From contig NC_068982.1 in assembly GCF_001194135.2 (NCBI RefSeq), forward strand, positions 185,258,825-185,322,824: 64,000 bases of DNA, given 5' to 3'. The position numbers were made by a program, and so were the translations under genes. Source of the DNA: Octopus bimaculoides (taxonomy: Eukaryota). Of this stretch, positions 61,665 through 64,000 are shown one piece after another. The number at the start of each line of letters is the position of its first letter. Within the stretch, counting starts at the first letter, position 1. Below the pieces are notes generated by a model. That model was not told the DNA's origin. It was given only the letters and a program-made list of their open reading frames with translations, and made no database searches.

Positions 61665-62250
61665 CTTTTATCCTTTGCTTTTATCAGTCATTGGACAACA
61701 GCCATGTTGGGCCACTGCCTTGATGGGTCTTAGTCAAACACATCAATCCCAGTACTTATTTTTTAAGTTCGATATTTTGGTTTCTTTTGCTGAAGTACTA
61801 AATCACTGGGATGTAAACAAACCAACACCAGTTGTCTAGCAGTCATAGGGGACAAACACCAAATATATACACACACACACACATGCACCCCCCACACCAG
61901 TGTCAGCACCATGTAAAAGCACCTGTGCCATGTAAAAAGTACCCAGCACACTCTGTAAAGTGGTTGGTGTTGTGAAGGGCATTCAGCCATAGAAACCATG
62001 CCAAAACAGACAGTTTTGGCAGCATTCTGGCTTGCCAATTCCTGTGAAACCGTCCAAACCATGCCAACATGGTAAACAGATGTTACATGATGATGATGAT
62101 GTATATACGAGGGGATTCCATAAAGTTTCCACCAACCAAATTTACTGTAACCTGGGGTTACAGTAAAATACACTTGTACTGTGGGATTGAGCCTCAAACC
62201 ATGTGGTTGTGAAGCAAACTTCTTAACCACCCAGCCATGCCTCCATCTCT
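61665..62250. mobile_element. Nested SINE A (-) halves flanking an RTE 3' UTR (+, (GAT)n tail ending about 62101)
   Basis: SINE tail at 61665-61875, RTE UTR at 61895-62101, SINE head at about 62170-62250. Confidence 0.65.
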
Positions 62251-62995
62251 GTAGCCATGCCTAGGACGTTTAGTGGTAAGTAAAAGTGAGCGGTGAGATG
62301 CAATAAAGATGGTTGGTGGTCTGTGAAGTAGGTCAATTGTATGTGAAGATAGTTCATGGAAGTGAATCAGGCCAGTGGTATGTGAAGACAACCCTTAATT
62401 GCTGCATTATATATTTTAAATAGGATGTAAAGCTGTGACAGGTTGTGTAGTTTATCCATTTCATTAGTGTATGAATGGAGTTTGGGAATGTTAGGAATTT
62501 GAATTCCAAACCAGTTTGTATTATTACTGCTTAATTATAGCAGCAGCTGCTGTAGTAATAGTAGTAGTAGTAGTAGTAACAACAACAGTAGAAGAAGAAC
62601 CACGTCGGTAACGGGGTCGTACCGGTGCAATGAAAATTTTGACACCTCAAGAAATAAACAAAAAGTCATTATAAACGCATTGATGTGATTTTACAAGTCA
62701 AAAATGACACTTCTATGACATACGCGCAATACACGATTATGCATGAATGTGTCTGTACGTATGCACATACGTACGTACGTGTGTGTGTATGTGTTTGTGT
62801 ATATAGGCGCACAGACGCTCGTATACGCGCGCACGCGCACACACGGGTACATATACACACAAACGTCTTCTGTCTCGCACTGTCACACACGTACAGACAC
62901 ACAGCACGCATATGTATCTAATTGTTTGTTTATCCATTCATTTGTCTTTTTCTGTTTATCGATATACCAGATATAGTTTCTTTGATGCTCTGATC

Positions 62996-63081
62996 TTCTA
63001 ATGAGTTGAGCACGGCTGACGTGTTAGCCGAATCAAAGGCCTTCTCGTAATCAATAAATGTGAGGCACAGTGGGGGATTGG
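62996..63081 (-). mobile_element. Short RTE-type RT fragment
   Basis: Minus strand PLCLTFIDYEKAFDSANTSAVLNSL. Confidence 0.7.
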
Positions 63082-63862
63082 TATTGTGTGTATAGTCACC
63101 AGTGGAGAAGTCATTTTCGAAGCATTAATACCGGTTTCTTTTCAGAGTCTTATCCATTTTATTGACATATGCACGTTAATAGCTGTGTGTTTGTTTACCT
63201 TCTCTCGAAGCGAAGACGATTTCAATTGATCTGAAATCTGTCTTTAGCATACCTTATTTCTATTTCTATTTAGCATATTTAAAAAGTATTTAGCATGCTT
63301 TTCCTTGTTTTTGTAGTCCAAAATTATGCTGCTGGCTACTTTGAGTTATTTCTTGGCTCATTTTTCTTCAGTTTTACAAAATAATCAAGGTCATAAAAGT
63401 ATTCTACTCTTTCTGCATATGTTTAAGTCTCATGTCTGTCTGCAGTCAAAGTAGGACAGCAATGTGCTGATGAATTGAAACCAAAACACGTGTTCAATAG
63501 TTCCCAGAAAAGAAAAAAAAATTATAGTATTTAATTCAGGGGATTAATTATTGACTTCTTGAGATTATTTATCCTTCTCATTTGGAGTTGTTGCAGTTGC
63601 GGATCTTTGTGATTTGACGGGCAACACTTGTTTTCTTAACGAAACACTTTGAAACTTGGGACACTGGTAGAATGTGTCATATAAAACAACTTCTTCTCTT
63701 AACCTTCTTAACAAAAAATTGTACATCGCAAGTTATTTCATGTTAAAGTTGTCGTATTTCTGTAATTTCAACCAATCACTGACGTCTATTCAGCTGAATA
63801 CAGTTAGTGCTGTTCGGTGTCAAGTGTGTTATTCCCTGTTTAATTATATCATTATTCCCTAG

Positions 63863-63992
63863 TAAGGGTTTAGGGTTTTAGGATTAGGGTTCGGGTTTTA
63901 GGGTTAGGGTTTTAGGGTTAGGATTGGGGTTAGGGTTGGGGTTAGGGTTAGGGTTATGGTTATGAGTTATAGGGTTAGAGTTAAGGTTATGG
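63863..63992 (+). repeat. Degenerate telomere-like (TTAGGG)n array
   Basis: TTAGGG units mixed with TTTAGGG, TTGGGG, TTAGGA, TTATGG and TTCGGG variants. The window ends in non-repeat CAAAAATA. Confidence 0.85.
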
Positions 63993-64000
63993 CAAAAATA

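Overview
This is AT-rich, repeat-dense animal genomic DNA from a draft assembly with six N gaps (34155-34330, 35361-35370, 47462-47561, 55722-55829, 56834-57664, 58693-59234). It is not prokaryotic and has no CRISPR array. The repeat landscape suggests a coleoid cephalopod, most likely an octopus (inference). That landscape includes tRNA-headed SINEs with a central (TA)n(TG)n microsatellite, RTE-LINE 3' ends with (GAT)n tails, CR1-group LINEs, an R4/Dong-type element, Tc1/mariner relics and TTAA MITEs. Only two protein-coding genes are supportable, both intact with intron-free CDSs and divergently oriented 28 kb apart: TMEM165/GDT1 (14900-15808, -, 302 aa) and UDP-glucose pyrophosphorylase UGP2 (43870-45396, +, 508 aa). 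Most other ORFs in the track are microsatellite artefacts or decayed LINE/transposase fragments. The most notable observations are: (1) the intronless gene pair, possibly retrogenes; (2) a perfect 145-bp inverted templated insertion inside an old LINE RT; (3) a foldback element nested in a mariner; (4) a SINE/LINE shared 3' tail; (5) an orphan CpG-rich region with a candidate first exon at about 25.5 kb; (6) alternating-orientation RTE copies able to form long dsRNA; (7) a degenerate TTAGGG array at the right edge. All alignments were made by eye, with no database search.
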